This document shows, in pieces, positions 44,701 to 54,857 of a stretch of DNA of 64,000 nucleotides. This stretch comes from Emiliania huxleyi CCMP1516 (taxonomy: Eukaryota): positions 271,904 to 335,903 of the forward strand of contig NW_005201154.1 in NCBI RefSeq assembly GCF_000372725.1, in the 5' to 3' direction. The first letter of the stretch is position 1. Every line of letters begins with the position of its first letter. A model generated the notes under the pieces. It worked only from the letters and a program-made list of their open reading frames with translations. It made no database searches and was not told where the DNA came from. A program made the translations under genes and the position numbers.

Positions 44701-45386
44701 CGCCGCGCAGCCAGAAGCGCGCGTAGTCGCCCGCGTACCTGGGAACAGCGTCTATTCACACCGCCTGGCTGTGAACAGGCCCTCTCCGCGCGTAGTCGCC
44801 CGCGTACCTAACAATATATTATTCTTCATAAAGAGCTGCGCGTATTGATTAATGATTCGCGCAGTCGCCCGCGCACCGGCCGTCCTTGACCCAGCGAGCC
44901 TCCGCAAAGTGGTGTCCAGCCGGGCAGACGATGGTGTTGGCGGGCCCGCTCCACGGAACCTGTGAACCAGGCAGCGAGTCGAAGAGGAGTCTCACGTTCC
45001 TTCTTGCGGAGCTTTCCTGGCGGCGTCTCGGAATCGTCTCGGAAGTGTCTCGGAAGTGTCTCGGAAGTCACGACACCTTCTTGAGGAACTCGGTGATGAC
45101 GTGGCAGCCCTTTGGGTCGCAGCCGGGTGTGCGCTGGCTCTTCGGCGCGCGAGCGAGGTGTAGGTGGAAGACGCGCCTGTCGACGGCGCGTCACAGAGTG
45201 AAGGTGGGGCGCAACCGAGAGATGACGTGCGAGGTGGAGGCGGCGCCAGCGGTACCAGTAGGCGGTGTTGAGGTCCTCGTCAGAGCTGTGGAAATAGGGG
45301 ACGTGCTGCTCCACCCACGCCCGCGACTCGTTTAGGACAAAAGCGAAGGGCGCAGTCTCGATTTGCGGAGGTCGCAGGCGCGGCGA

Positions 45387-45422
<36 letters not shown>

Positions 45423-45695
45423 GCGCAGGCGCGGCGGCGGCGGCGGAGGAGGTGGAGGCGGAGGAGGATTTGGAGGTGGTGGCGGCGGCGACTGCCGCAT
45501 TAACTTCACGGCAAGCAGGATCCGGCCCGCTGCAGCTGGCGCAAAGGTCGCGCTGCAGAGCGTGAGTGCGACCACGGTGGCGAGACGCAGCGGCCAGATG
45601 CTTGATGCTCGCTCTGGGCGCGGTCGAGCGTTGGGTGAAGAGGGGTCCAGCGGCGCGTACTCGCCGGCTGGGTCAGCCCAGAGTAGACCGGCCAT
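41792..45695 (-). CDS. MGH1/GH63-like (alpha/alpha)6 glycoside hydrolase with N-terminal TM and Pro-rich stalk, many introns; 3' end approximate
   Basis: WVEQHVPYFHSSDEDLNTAYWYRWR, HVITEFL, IVCPAGHHFAEARW, RPTINAVMFAEA, WNGPVWPFEVSK, HVDEDLHPEDGYW, YFHSSFTDLVLGGVAGLR. Confidence 0.8.
42688..43062. repeat. Six tandem copies of a ~30 nt exon segment separated by (GGAGATATGG)n
   Basis: tgcagcttgcgcctcgtgat[c/t]cagtagccg at about 42688, 42751, 42814, 42887, 42960 and 43033. Confidence 0.92.
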
Positions 45696-45911
45696 GATAA
45701 GTGGCTGATGACACACAGGGCGTCGGAGGATTTCTTCCTTTTCGTTGCTGTGAGAGAGGCTTGTCTCTTAAGAATTCTTCCTTGACGTTCCATCAATCAA
45801 TCAGTGACGCTGCGAGATGCCTTTCGGGGCCCAGAGATAAAACTTCTGATGCCATGCGTGACCTAGTAGTGTCCCCAGCTATGGGCGGCAGTGACAATTT
45901 AGGTCATCCCG

Positions 45912-46251
45912 GACGGCAGTGACAATTTACCCGACGTCAATCGTCGACGGCAAGCTCGAGAACTGCGCCTCCAAAGTCGCCCAGATTCGCCTCTCGCGGC
46001 GCGCTGAGTTAGTATCGCCGGTGCGCCAGCCAGCTCTGCTCCACAGCAGGGCATGCCTGACTGGCTCCTGCTAGCCGTGCGTCCTGGTGGCATCCAAAGA
46101 TCCATTGCCAGCTCAGGTAGCCTCAGGAGGTCGCCTCGCGCACGACTCGGCGCCGCACAGCACCGCTCCGCGTTACTACCGAGTTAGTATCGTCGACCCA
46201 CAGAGACTGCTCTTCTGTAGGTGGAGCCGACAAACGCCGGCCGGGTCGGCC
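45912..46251 (+). repeat. Second copy of the ~330 bp dispersed repeat
   Basis: Matches 13938-14269. Confidence 0.92.
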
Positions 46252-46468
46252 CCGCCGCCCCCATCGCCGCCGCCGGGGCCCCCTTTTTTTTTCCAGGACC
46301 AGGTCCGGGCGGGGATTTCTCTCTTTGCGGACAAAATCACATACATTCGTCTTTCCACCTGTTCTCTAGGCCCCTCTAGAGGCCCTCCGCCTCTCTCTCC
46401 CTCCCTCCCTCCCTCCCTCCCTCCCTCCCTCCCTCCCTTGCGGAAACTTGCGGGGGACGTCCAAAAAC

Positions 46469-47560
46469 ATGGGCGGCCGCTACCGGACAATGACGTGCAG
46501 CAACCAGCCGCAGGACGGTCCAACCACGTGCTGCCTGGCAGATCTGCCGCAGGATGCCCTGCTGCTCGTGTTTGACGCCGTGGCTGACCCGCTCCACCCC
46601 GCGACCGCCTGCCACTTCATGGCCTCTTGCAAAGCTGTGCTCGGTGCCGTCAGGGCTAGCGGTGACAGTTGCTCAAAGGCGGCCGGGCTTCCAAGTGCTC
46701 CAAGCGCACTCCAACTATTTCGGCACTGGTCGGAGAGGGCGGCGGTGCTATGCGAGGCAAACGGCACGACGCGGGCGCAGCTAAGAACGGCGACTGAGTT
46801 CTACCCACGTTCCCACCCAAGCGAGCGCTTTGGCCCTGCCGTTCGCGACGCGTTGTCTCTCTGCCATCTGCTCGCCTGTGGCTCGCTCCGCGGGCTCCGC
46901 GACCTCGACCTGGGCGACATGGAGTGGAGCCGCTTCGTCGCCAAGCTGCACGGCAGCAAGGACACCGTGGTCTTGCCCATTCTCCACGCACTGGCCGGCG
47001 GGGCGCTGCCACAGTTGCGGCGGCTAAACCTCTACCGTTGCAGCCTCGGTGATGGGTTCTTCATGGCGCTCTCGGCGACGCTCGCGGCCAGCCCAAAGCG
47101 CGTTCTCCCCGCCCTAGAGACGCTCTACCTCGACGCCAACAACATCACCAGCCAAGGTGCGTGCGCCCTGGCGGGTGCCCTGGCTAGAGGCGCGCTGCCG
47201 CAGCTGAAGGAGCTCTACCTGTGGAACAATGACATCGACGGCGCCGGCGTCGCCGCATTGGCGAGGGTGGGGAGGGAGGGACGCTTGCAGGCGCTGGAGA
47301 AGCTCGATCTCCAGGGCAACGACGGCATCTCTGCCGCTAGCCAAGAAGTGCTGGCCGCGGCCGTGAGCGACGGCGCCTTCCCCTCTCTGCGGGAGTTGTG
47401 GCTTCCGGCGAAGGCCGAATGCGAGCCCGAGCACGCGCGCAGCGTCGCAGCGTGCGAGGCGCGGAACGTGAAGGTCACGCTGTGCTTCTTCACGTACTGC
47501 GACGGCGAGTCGGAGCAGGACGGCATGTCCGAGGACGAGCTGGAAGAGGATGGGGACTAG
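46469..47560 (+). CDS. F-box-like + RNI-type LRR protein, intronless
   Basis: LADLPQDALLLVF; LRRLNLYRCSLGD, LETLYLDANNITSQG, LKELYLWNNDIDGAG, LEKLDLQGND. Confidence 0.82.
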   Translation: MGGRYRTMTCSNQPQDGPTTCCLADLPQDALLLVFDAVADPLHPATACHFMASCKAVLGAVRASGDSCSKAAGLPSAPSALQLFRHWSERAAVLCEANGTTRAQLRTATEFYPRSHPSERFGPAVRDALSLCHLLACGSLRGLRDLDLGDMEWSRFVAKLHGSKDTVVLPILHALAGGALPQLRRLNLYRCSLGDGFFMALSATLAASPKRVLPALETLYLDANNITSQGACALAGALARGALPQLKELYLWNNDIDGAGVAALARVGREGRLQALEKLDLQGNDGISAASQEVLAAAVSDGAFPSLRELWLPAKAECEPEHARSVAACEARNVKVTLCFFTYCDGESEQDGMSEDELEEDGD

Positions 47561-47889
47561 ACGCCTTGAGATCTGAACTGGCACAGCGCGATGCACAACG
47601 CGAGACAATCACGTGTGAAAGAACAGACTCGCACTCGATCACAGGTTCACAGCGAGAGGGGTGACTTTGTGTTGGTATGTAAGTGTTGTGCGGGACGCAA
47701 GGAGCAAGAGGAGGCCCCTGGGGGGCAGCGATCACAGACCACACTCCACGATCGTACACATTGTAGGGTGCGCGATCGGTTGCTTGATTTCGTGGACCGA
47801 ACGTGTTCACAACCGACCCGCACGTCGGACTGCAGGCTTATCGATCAGTCGGTCCTCGGGGTCGCTGCTGCATCACCCTGTCGCTATCC

Positions 47890-48395
47890 ATGCCAAATCT
47901 GCAGCCGGAGAAATACTTTCGCGAGTCGGCCCGCAAGACCTTCACGCGCAGGAAGTCCGCCGCTGAGGAGGAGTCGCGACTCTCGCGCAGGTCCTCTGGC
48001 CCGAGGAGCCCGGTGACGGCCGGTGCTGTGGCAGGCGGTGAGGTAGATGCAGTCGCGCTCCAGTGTGACATCGACTGCGTGTTCGAGACGGCTGCAATCA
48101 AGCGGCGCGCTGTCGGACCGAAAGACGTCCAGATCGACGTCAAATACTGTGGCGTCTGCCACTCTGATCTCACGTTTGCGGTGCGTGTATCCCGTGGCCG
48201 TGGCACCACCTGAGCCATGATACTGTCTTGTCTTGTCTATGGCCCCAGCAGCTCGCTACACCTCTCGGCACCTCCACTTCCCCCTTTTCCCCCTATCCCC
48301 CACCTGCAGGTCGGTGCGACCAAGGACCTCGGCATCCCGCAGCACTGGCCGGTGGTGCCGGGACACGAGGTGGCGGGTGTGGTGGTCGCCGTTGG
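47890..48395 (+). pseudogene. Truncated Zn-dependent (cinnamyl-type) alcohol dehydrogenase, N-terminus only
   Basis: DVQIDVKYCGVCHSD, intron 48181-48309, then WPVVPGHEVAGVVVAVG. No later MDR motifs before the next gene. Confidence 0.75.
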
Positions 48396-48623
48396 CTGGG
48401 CTCGATCGAGACACACTCGGGGGCGTGGCAGGGCTCTACATACATTCCCGAGAGCTACGTTCACAGCTTCGGTCCTTTATATGAGGGTGCTCGAGAGTTG
48501 CCAACGCTGGAAAATATATTTCGCGTGAGCTCGGGTGGCGCGCATCCCGTGATCCCGGCGTAATCGCATCTTACGAGAACTCCGCCGGCGCTCCCCAAAA
48601 CGCAAAGCGATCAGCGCACGCCG

Positions 48624-49313
48624 ATGGCTGCGAGCCCCCAAACCAAGTCAAATTTCCCCAGTGATGCGAATGACAATCGCACGCCGACGGCTGCCAATCT
48701 CTGCACCGCCGCATACCGTTGCGATCTTCCTCTGCTCATGACGCTGCTAGAGGCGGGTGCTGACCCAAACGCATATGCCAAGTGTAGTGCGGTGAACGGA
48801 TACACGGCGCTCACTGCTGCGTGCGGGTTCGCAAAGGACTCGACTGTGGTTCGGGCAATGATTGACCACCTCCTCAATTGCGGCGCGTCGATCGACCATC
48901 CCAACCATTACGGTCGCACGCCTCTCATGAGCGCGGTCATCAACTCCAACGCGGCCACTTGCGACATCCTCCTGCAGCGCGGGGCACTCCTCGACCTGCG
49001 GCACAAAAATGGGATGACGGCTGTGGCGTACGGGCTAAAGGCCGTGAACGAGAGCCGCTCCGACGAGGAGCGTGTCAGCAGTCGCGCAGTCGCTCGCACC
49101 CTGTTGTACTGGCGGGCGAGGAGGCGGTGGCAAAAATGCGCGCGCTACGTGCGAATCCATTTACTTGTGGCGCAGCGCTGGCGCAGGATGCTCCTGGCGC
49201 TGTTTCGCGACGTTCACTACCGCCCCGGAGGCCTCGGCGAAGCAACCTGTCGCGCAAGGTTCAAAGAGAATTGCGCTCTGCTTCGCGAGAGCTCGTGCTC
49301 AGGGCTCGCCTGA
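48624..49313 (+). CDS. Ankyrin-repeat protein
   Basis: LLEAGADPN, GYTALTAA, GRTPLMSA, GMTAVAYG. Confidence 0.82.
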   Translation: MAASPQTKSNFPSDANDNRTPTAANLCTAAYRCDLPLLMTLLEAGADPNAYAKCSAVNGYTALTAACGFAKDSTVVRAMIDHLLNCGASIDHPNHYGRTPLMSAVINSNAATCDILLQRGALLDLRHKNGMTAVAYGLKAVNESRSDEERVSSRAVARTLLYWRARRRWQKCARYVRIHLLVAQRWRRMLLALFRDVHYRPGGLGEATCRARFKENCALLRESSCSGLA

Positions 49314-49936
49314 GAGCGACGCCATCGCAGAGCTATTTCTGCAAGGGAGCCAGGGCGAGCGTGAACTCAAAGATAACTGATTGTACCGGTCGTGCGGATG
49401 AGGCTGCCGTGCTGAACAGGCACTCCAAGTGCTCTCCGCATGACCATGCACTTTAGACTCTCCTGCCCGGCGGCGAGGCCCGGCGGCGAGGGCGGAGGGA
49501 TCAGAGCAACGAGAGAACAACAATCAACACCCACCTATAGAGGTTAGAGGATAGAGCCGCGGCGGCCCGGCCCCGCCGCTCGCCGCCGGGCCTCGCGGTT
49601 GCGCCGCGTCTAGGGTCTAGCCCGTCGCTGCTCTCCGGAGATGCAGATGGGAACTCATCTGGTCATCAGAATGTGGAGAGGAGAGGCTGATGTATCGGTG
49701 CGCGTGTCTACAAGGTTGACAAAGACACAAACAAAATCGCGCGCTGCATGTCGCGCGTCAGCGCACCACCAACAAGAACAAGTGACCGCGATAATATCAA
49801 GCCACGCAAGAACGGCACACAACCACAGTGCACAGAACAGCAAACGTGGGATCCCCGACTCCACCAACTAGCCTCGCGCACACGCTACTGTAGGATGCGG
49901 TCGTCGACTCCACTCGCCGCCTGGCTCGCGCCTCTA

Positions 49937-50842
49937 TCAAAGCGAGTACTTCGGGAGCACCACAACGCGGCGCTGTGCCACGGCAGGAGAAGCTGCAACC
50001 GCCGGCCCCGCAACCGCAGCGGATGCGTCACTGTGGGCCCGGGCCCACTCTCCGGCCCAAGCGGCGTACCCGGCGCCGGCGTCCGCATTGGCACCGGCGC
50101 TGGCGCCGCCGGCACTGGCGCCACCTGCGCTGGTCCCAGTTGGCACCACAACACCGACCAAAGCTGCACCGGGGGCAGCAAGGGCCGCGGCGGCGACGGC
50201 GGATTCGGGCGGCTCGGGCGGCTCGGCGGAAGGGAGGCCGACGGCGGTGGGCGTGCGGAGGCGCGTGATCCACCGCCCCGCCGCGAGTGCGGTCCGCAGC
50301 CGCAGCAGCGCCGCACGGTAGCGCAGGCGGCCGAGCGCCTTCTTTGCACTCTCGCGCGCCCACCACACCGCCCAGCCGGCGTCCTCGCAGGCCGCGCGGG
50401 CGGCGGTGCGGCCGTGGGCGAGGCAGAGGCGGAGGCTGTGGAGGAAGGGGAGACCGCGGTAGGAAGACGAGCCGTGCCGAAGCGCAGTCTCAAGGGCGTC
50501 CCTCTCGGCCACCACCCGGGAGAGCGCGAGCTTTGCCGCCGCCGACTCAAAGGCGCGCATACGCTCGCTCTCGCGCAGTGCCACGGCGAGCCGCTCGGCA
50601 ATCGGCGGACGCGCAGAGGAGTGGAGACCGACGGTCGCCGCCGCGAGAGCTGTCGTGTCAGTCAATGAGACTGAAACCGCCTCGGCCTTTGCCGGCGCCT
50701 GGAGCAGCTCGATCCACGAGGTGGTCTCCTCGGCAATATAGAGGGAGACGCGAGAGCGGCCGCCAGCGTGGCGTGCCAGCGGAAGCGGCGAGGCCACAAA
50801 GGCGGCCGAGAGCGGCGAGAGGAGGGCGAGCGAAGTCACCAT
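49937..50842 (-). CDS. Hypothetical protein, possibly plastid-targeted
   Basis: MVTSLALLSPLSAA-FVASPL resembles a bipartite signal with an ASAFAP-type cleavage site. No recognised domain. Confidence 0.4.
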   Translation of the reverse strand: MVTSLALLSPLSAAFVASPLPLARHAGGRSRVSLYIAEETTSWIELLQAPAKAEAVSVSLTDTTALAAATVGLHSSARPPIAERLAVALRESERMRAFESAAAKLALSRVVAERDALETALRHGSSSYRGLPFLHSLRLCLAHGRTAARAACEDAGWAVWWARESAKKALGRLRYRAALLRLRTALAAGRWITRLRTPTAVGLPSAEPPEPPESAVAAAALAAPGAALVGVVVPTGTSAGGASAGGASAGANADAGAGYAAWAGEWARAHSDASAAVAGPAVAASPAVAQRRVVVLPKYSL

Positions 50843-51229
50843 TGGTGTTCGCGTGTCTGAATCAGAGTATCGAAGATGGGTGGAGAATTCTCGATGCAAG
50901 AAAGAATTCGCGGATCGTGGTTGGATTTCTTGACCTCCCTTGGTTTTTGTTTTTATTTCTTTTTTCTTGACCTCCCATCCCTCCTTTGAACCTGTGTGTT
51001 TTCTTTCTTTCTTTCTTCTACTTGAAAAAGAAAACTATCGTTTCTTCTAGCTAGAGTGGCACACCCACCACTGCTAAGGTCCAAAAAATGGCGCCACTCA
51101 GCCCAACTCGCCCACATGCTCACCGCACCGCCTCCCCCGCGCGAGCTGGCTTCAACAAGCTCCTGTGGTGCAGCTACGCCGCTATAAACGCCCGGCCGGC
51201 CGTACAGAGTGACTCCGCGATACCTCGCT

Positions 51230-52172
51230 TCCCCAGCGCCCACGCCTCGACCTTCTTGGGCAGCAGCTGGTTCGACAGGTCCTCTCCGTGGCCTAGGCAG
51301 CCGCGATTGCCCTGGCCCCACGCGAAGAGGGCTCCGTCGGCGGTGCGGGCGAGGCTGTGGCAATCTCCAGCGGACACAACGACGACGCTGGCCCGTGAAG
51401 GCCTCGACCTTCTTTGGCAGCAGCTGGCGCTGCTCGTCGCCGTGGCCCAGCTGGCCAAAACCTCCATAGCCCCAGCTCCAGACGGCGCCGTCGGCGGTGA
51501 GGGCGAAGCTGTGACTGCCTCCAGCCGACACAGCAACGACACGGTGCCCCCCCAAGGCCTCGACCTTCTTCGGCAGCAGCTGGTTCTGCATGTCGCTGTG
51601 GAACCGGCCTGCCCCTCCATAGCCCCAGCTCCAGACGCTGCCGTCGGCGGTGACGGCGATGCTGTGGAATACTCCAGCCGACACAGCGACGATGCGCTGG
51701 TTAGCCAAGGCCTCAATCTTCTTGGGCAGCAGCTGGCGCTGCTGGTCGCCGTGGCCCAGGCGGCCTTGCCCTCCACTGCCCCAGCTCCAGATGCTGCCGT
51801 CAGCGGTGATGGCGAGGCTGTGACCATCTCCAGCCGAGACAGCGACGACGCGCTGGCCAGCAAAGGTCTCGAGCTTCTTGGGCAGCAGCTGGTCCTGCTG
51901 GTCACCGTGGCCACCGCCCCAGCTCCAGACGGCGCCGTCGGCGGTGGTGGCGAGGCTGTGGCTGCCTCCAACCGACGCGGCTGCTCCGCGAGCGAGTGAA
52001 AGAGCAGCGAGACGGCCGCGGCGCGAGCGATGTCGACGGGGCTGTCGCAGCGAGAGAGGGCGCGGTCGAGGAGCTCCCTGGGGAGGTCGAGGAGCCGGGC
52101 GGGCGGCGGCGTGTCTGCCGAGGGGGCGGCGGTGGAGGCGGAGGCCGAGCGGCGCGAGCGGCGGCGCGGCAT
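51230..52172 (-). pseudogene. Degenerate F-box + RCC1-repeat paralog (internal deletions, frameshifts)
   Basis: Same F-box N-terminus. After FHSLAEQ it jumps out of frame into RCC1 repeats and ends GHGEDLSNQLLPKKVEAW. Confidence 0.8.
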
Positions 52173-52370
52173 CGCGAGAAAAGAATTGCCCCGCACTAGC
52201 TTACTGAGTGCACTCCAAGTGCTCCAAGTGGTGCGTGAGTGTGAGTGTGTGAGCTCACTCACTCACAATTGCTGGTGCGATGCGGGACGGGCAACAAAGC
52301 AAATAAAAGAAATGCGCGAAATTTCGGCGTATTTGTGGGCACCAAGTTGGCTCATCAAAGCCACAGAGTG

Positions 52371-53748
52371 ATGGCTGGCCGGACTGGCTTCGACATCGAC
52401 GGCATCCGCGAGGACAGCAGCGACGAGGAGAACGAAGACGTGTGGGACGCGCACCAGGTTCCGCTGCCACCGGAAATCTCGTTCCTCGAGCGACTCTCGC
52501 TCCGCTAGTGTGTGCGCCTCTCTCACCACGACCCTCACCACGACCCTCTCACTCATGCCTTCAGATCGTCTCTGGGCTGTTCATTGGCGGCATCGGCTGC
52601 CTCGGAGACCGCTCGGCCCTCGCCGAACACAACATCCAATTTGTCCTCTCGCTGCACGAGGAGCAAGCCGAGCCACCCGTCGCTGGCGCCGGCGCAGCAA
52701 AGGAGCGGCCGATCGAGTGGCTCAAGCGGAGCATTACCGACAGGGCGGACAGCGATTTGCTTTCGTTCATCGACAAGCTGTGTGACGCGATCGAGTTGGC
52801 GCGCTCACACAAAAATGCTCCCCCACCCCCTCGCCAAACCCGCTGCCCCCCCCTACCCGAGGCGCTAGCGGGCGGCGGCGGCGTCCTCGTCGCGTGCCTC
52901 GCCGGCGCCTCCCCCTCCGCCGCCGTCGTCGCAGCCTACCTCGTCAAGCACCGCCGCATGTCCCTCCGCGCCGCGACGGAGCGGCTGAGCGCCGCCCGCG
53001 CAGAGGCGGCGGGGAGCCGAGAGGAGAGGAGATGGAGAGGAGATGGAGAGGAGATGGGAGGAGATGAGCAGAGATGAGAAGAGGTGAGGAGAGAGGAGCA
53101 GAGACGAGCCGTGATGGGAAGAGATGAGCCGAGATGGGAAGAGTTGTGACGAGATGAGCCGAGGCTGGACAAGGTTGGACTGGGCTCATCTCGTCTCATC
53201 TCGTCTCATCTCGGCTCATCTCGGCTCGTCTCGCACAGGCGGTGCCCAATCGCGGCTTCTGGCGGCAGCTGGTCGCCTTCGAGCTGGTGCAGCGTGGGTG
53301 CGCCTCGTGGCACAAGGGGGGGGGGGGGGGGGTCTGCTTGGAGCGCGGGCCTCACGCCTTCCCTGCGCCGCTCCGACTGCAGGTGCGCCTCCTTCACCGA
53401 GGAGGAGCTGACCGGCTCGGTCATGTTCTGGGAAGTGTCTAGGAAGTGTCTGGGAAATGTCTGGGAAGTGTCTAGGAGCTGCCCGGCTCGGTCATGTTCG
53501 AGCAGGAGCTGCTCGACAAGTGCATCGGCGAGTACCTGCAAAAGGCGAAGCGCCGCCGCCCCGCCGCCGGCGAGGAGGAGGAGGAGGAGGAGGAGGGGCT
53601 GGTGCGGCCCCTCTTCGAGGACGACGAGGAGGAGGGTGTGGGTGTGGCTGCCTCCCCCTTAAAGCGGACGAGGCTTGACGAACCCCCCGCTCCCTGGCCC
53701 ATCCTCCTCAGGAGGACCAACGGACCGCTCGCCATCATCGATGAATAG
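52371..53748 (+). CDS. Dual-specificity-phosphatase-fold protein with a degenerate active site, multi-exon
   Basis: IVSGLFIGG, NIQFVLS, ITDRADSDL, GVLVACLAGASPSAAVVAAYL, PNRGFWRQLVAFE. Confidence 0.8.
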
Positions 53749-54857
53749 GCTGGAGGACCCCCCCATCCTATTGGAGGACGCCGGCCGCCCCGCCTCCATT
53801 GAGGGGTGAGGGGGGGGGGATTTGCCTTCCCCCCCCCCCTTTTGCCCCCCCCCCCCCCCTCTGCCCCCACCCGCCCCCCTTTCTGTCGCCCGCCTCGTAG
53901 CGAGGAGGGCCTCCGCATGAATGTGCTTCCGAGTGGACACCAGGGGGGGAGGCGACCAAGCACTAACAATCGCATGAGTGATGGTGTCTGTGCACGAGCA
54001 TTGCCGCTGCTGGAGCAGGGTTGATAGATCTAGAGATCGAGCGTGAGATGTCCCGATGAGATGAACGAAATAAGGACTCGTGTCGCATGTGTTGCTGTTG
54101 GGGCGTGCCGGGTTTCTCCCTAGAGAGGGGGAAAGTTTAACACGGGGTGTGCGGACCCTGAGTTGACCAGGGGTTGTGCGCTGGGCCCTCCTGCTCGGCT
54201 CCAGCCAGTAGACAAGTCTTGTCATCAACAGAGTAGAAGGATCTGACCTCGGGGCCGATGTGACCAAGCGCTGGTAGCGTGGTTTTACCTCACACCCATG
54301 GTCTCACAGTGTGCCGGCAGTCGCCGAGCAGTGTCGCTCACACAAGCCGCAGCACAAGTGACTGAGGGCCAGTGAGGGCGAGCCCATCGCTGTCACAGCT
54401 GTGGCAGCCGCACAGTAGGCTGTGTCAACTGTGCAGAGTGTGTGAGCAATAGAGGAGCTGCTCTCCAGGCTTCTGTCGCAAAGAGCTGCATGCCACCGTG
54501 GGCGCTGTCGAGGTTCGCCGAGCGCGGCGCAGGTTGGAGGACACCGTCACCGACGAGCGCATTGGAGTATTCACTCCGGACAAAGACAGTGGCACGCACG
54601 AGCTGCGGCCGTGCCACTGTCATAGCGGCGAGGCGCGGGACCGTCTGGGCGAAGTGGGTCGCGTCCTCCGATTTCCTCAACAGGTCAACAACAGGTCAAC
54701 TCACGTGAGTCACGGTCCACACCCTTTACTTGAGCACTTGAGCACTGAATAGGGTCGATTCCGCATGGTACGGGACCCCTACCAGAGCCGTAGCCCGTAC
54801 TCGGTTATGTTAAATGCGCTCTCTCTACTTACTCTCTAGACGAAGACGGGAAAGGGA

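Noticed and set aside
53990..54710. Lower-GC segment that might be a retroelement relic
   Set aside because: No recognisable motif, tail or TSD.
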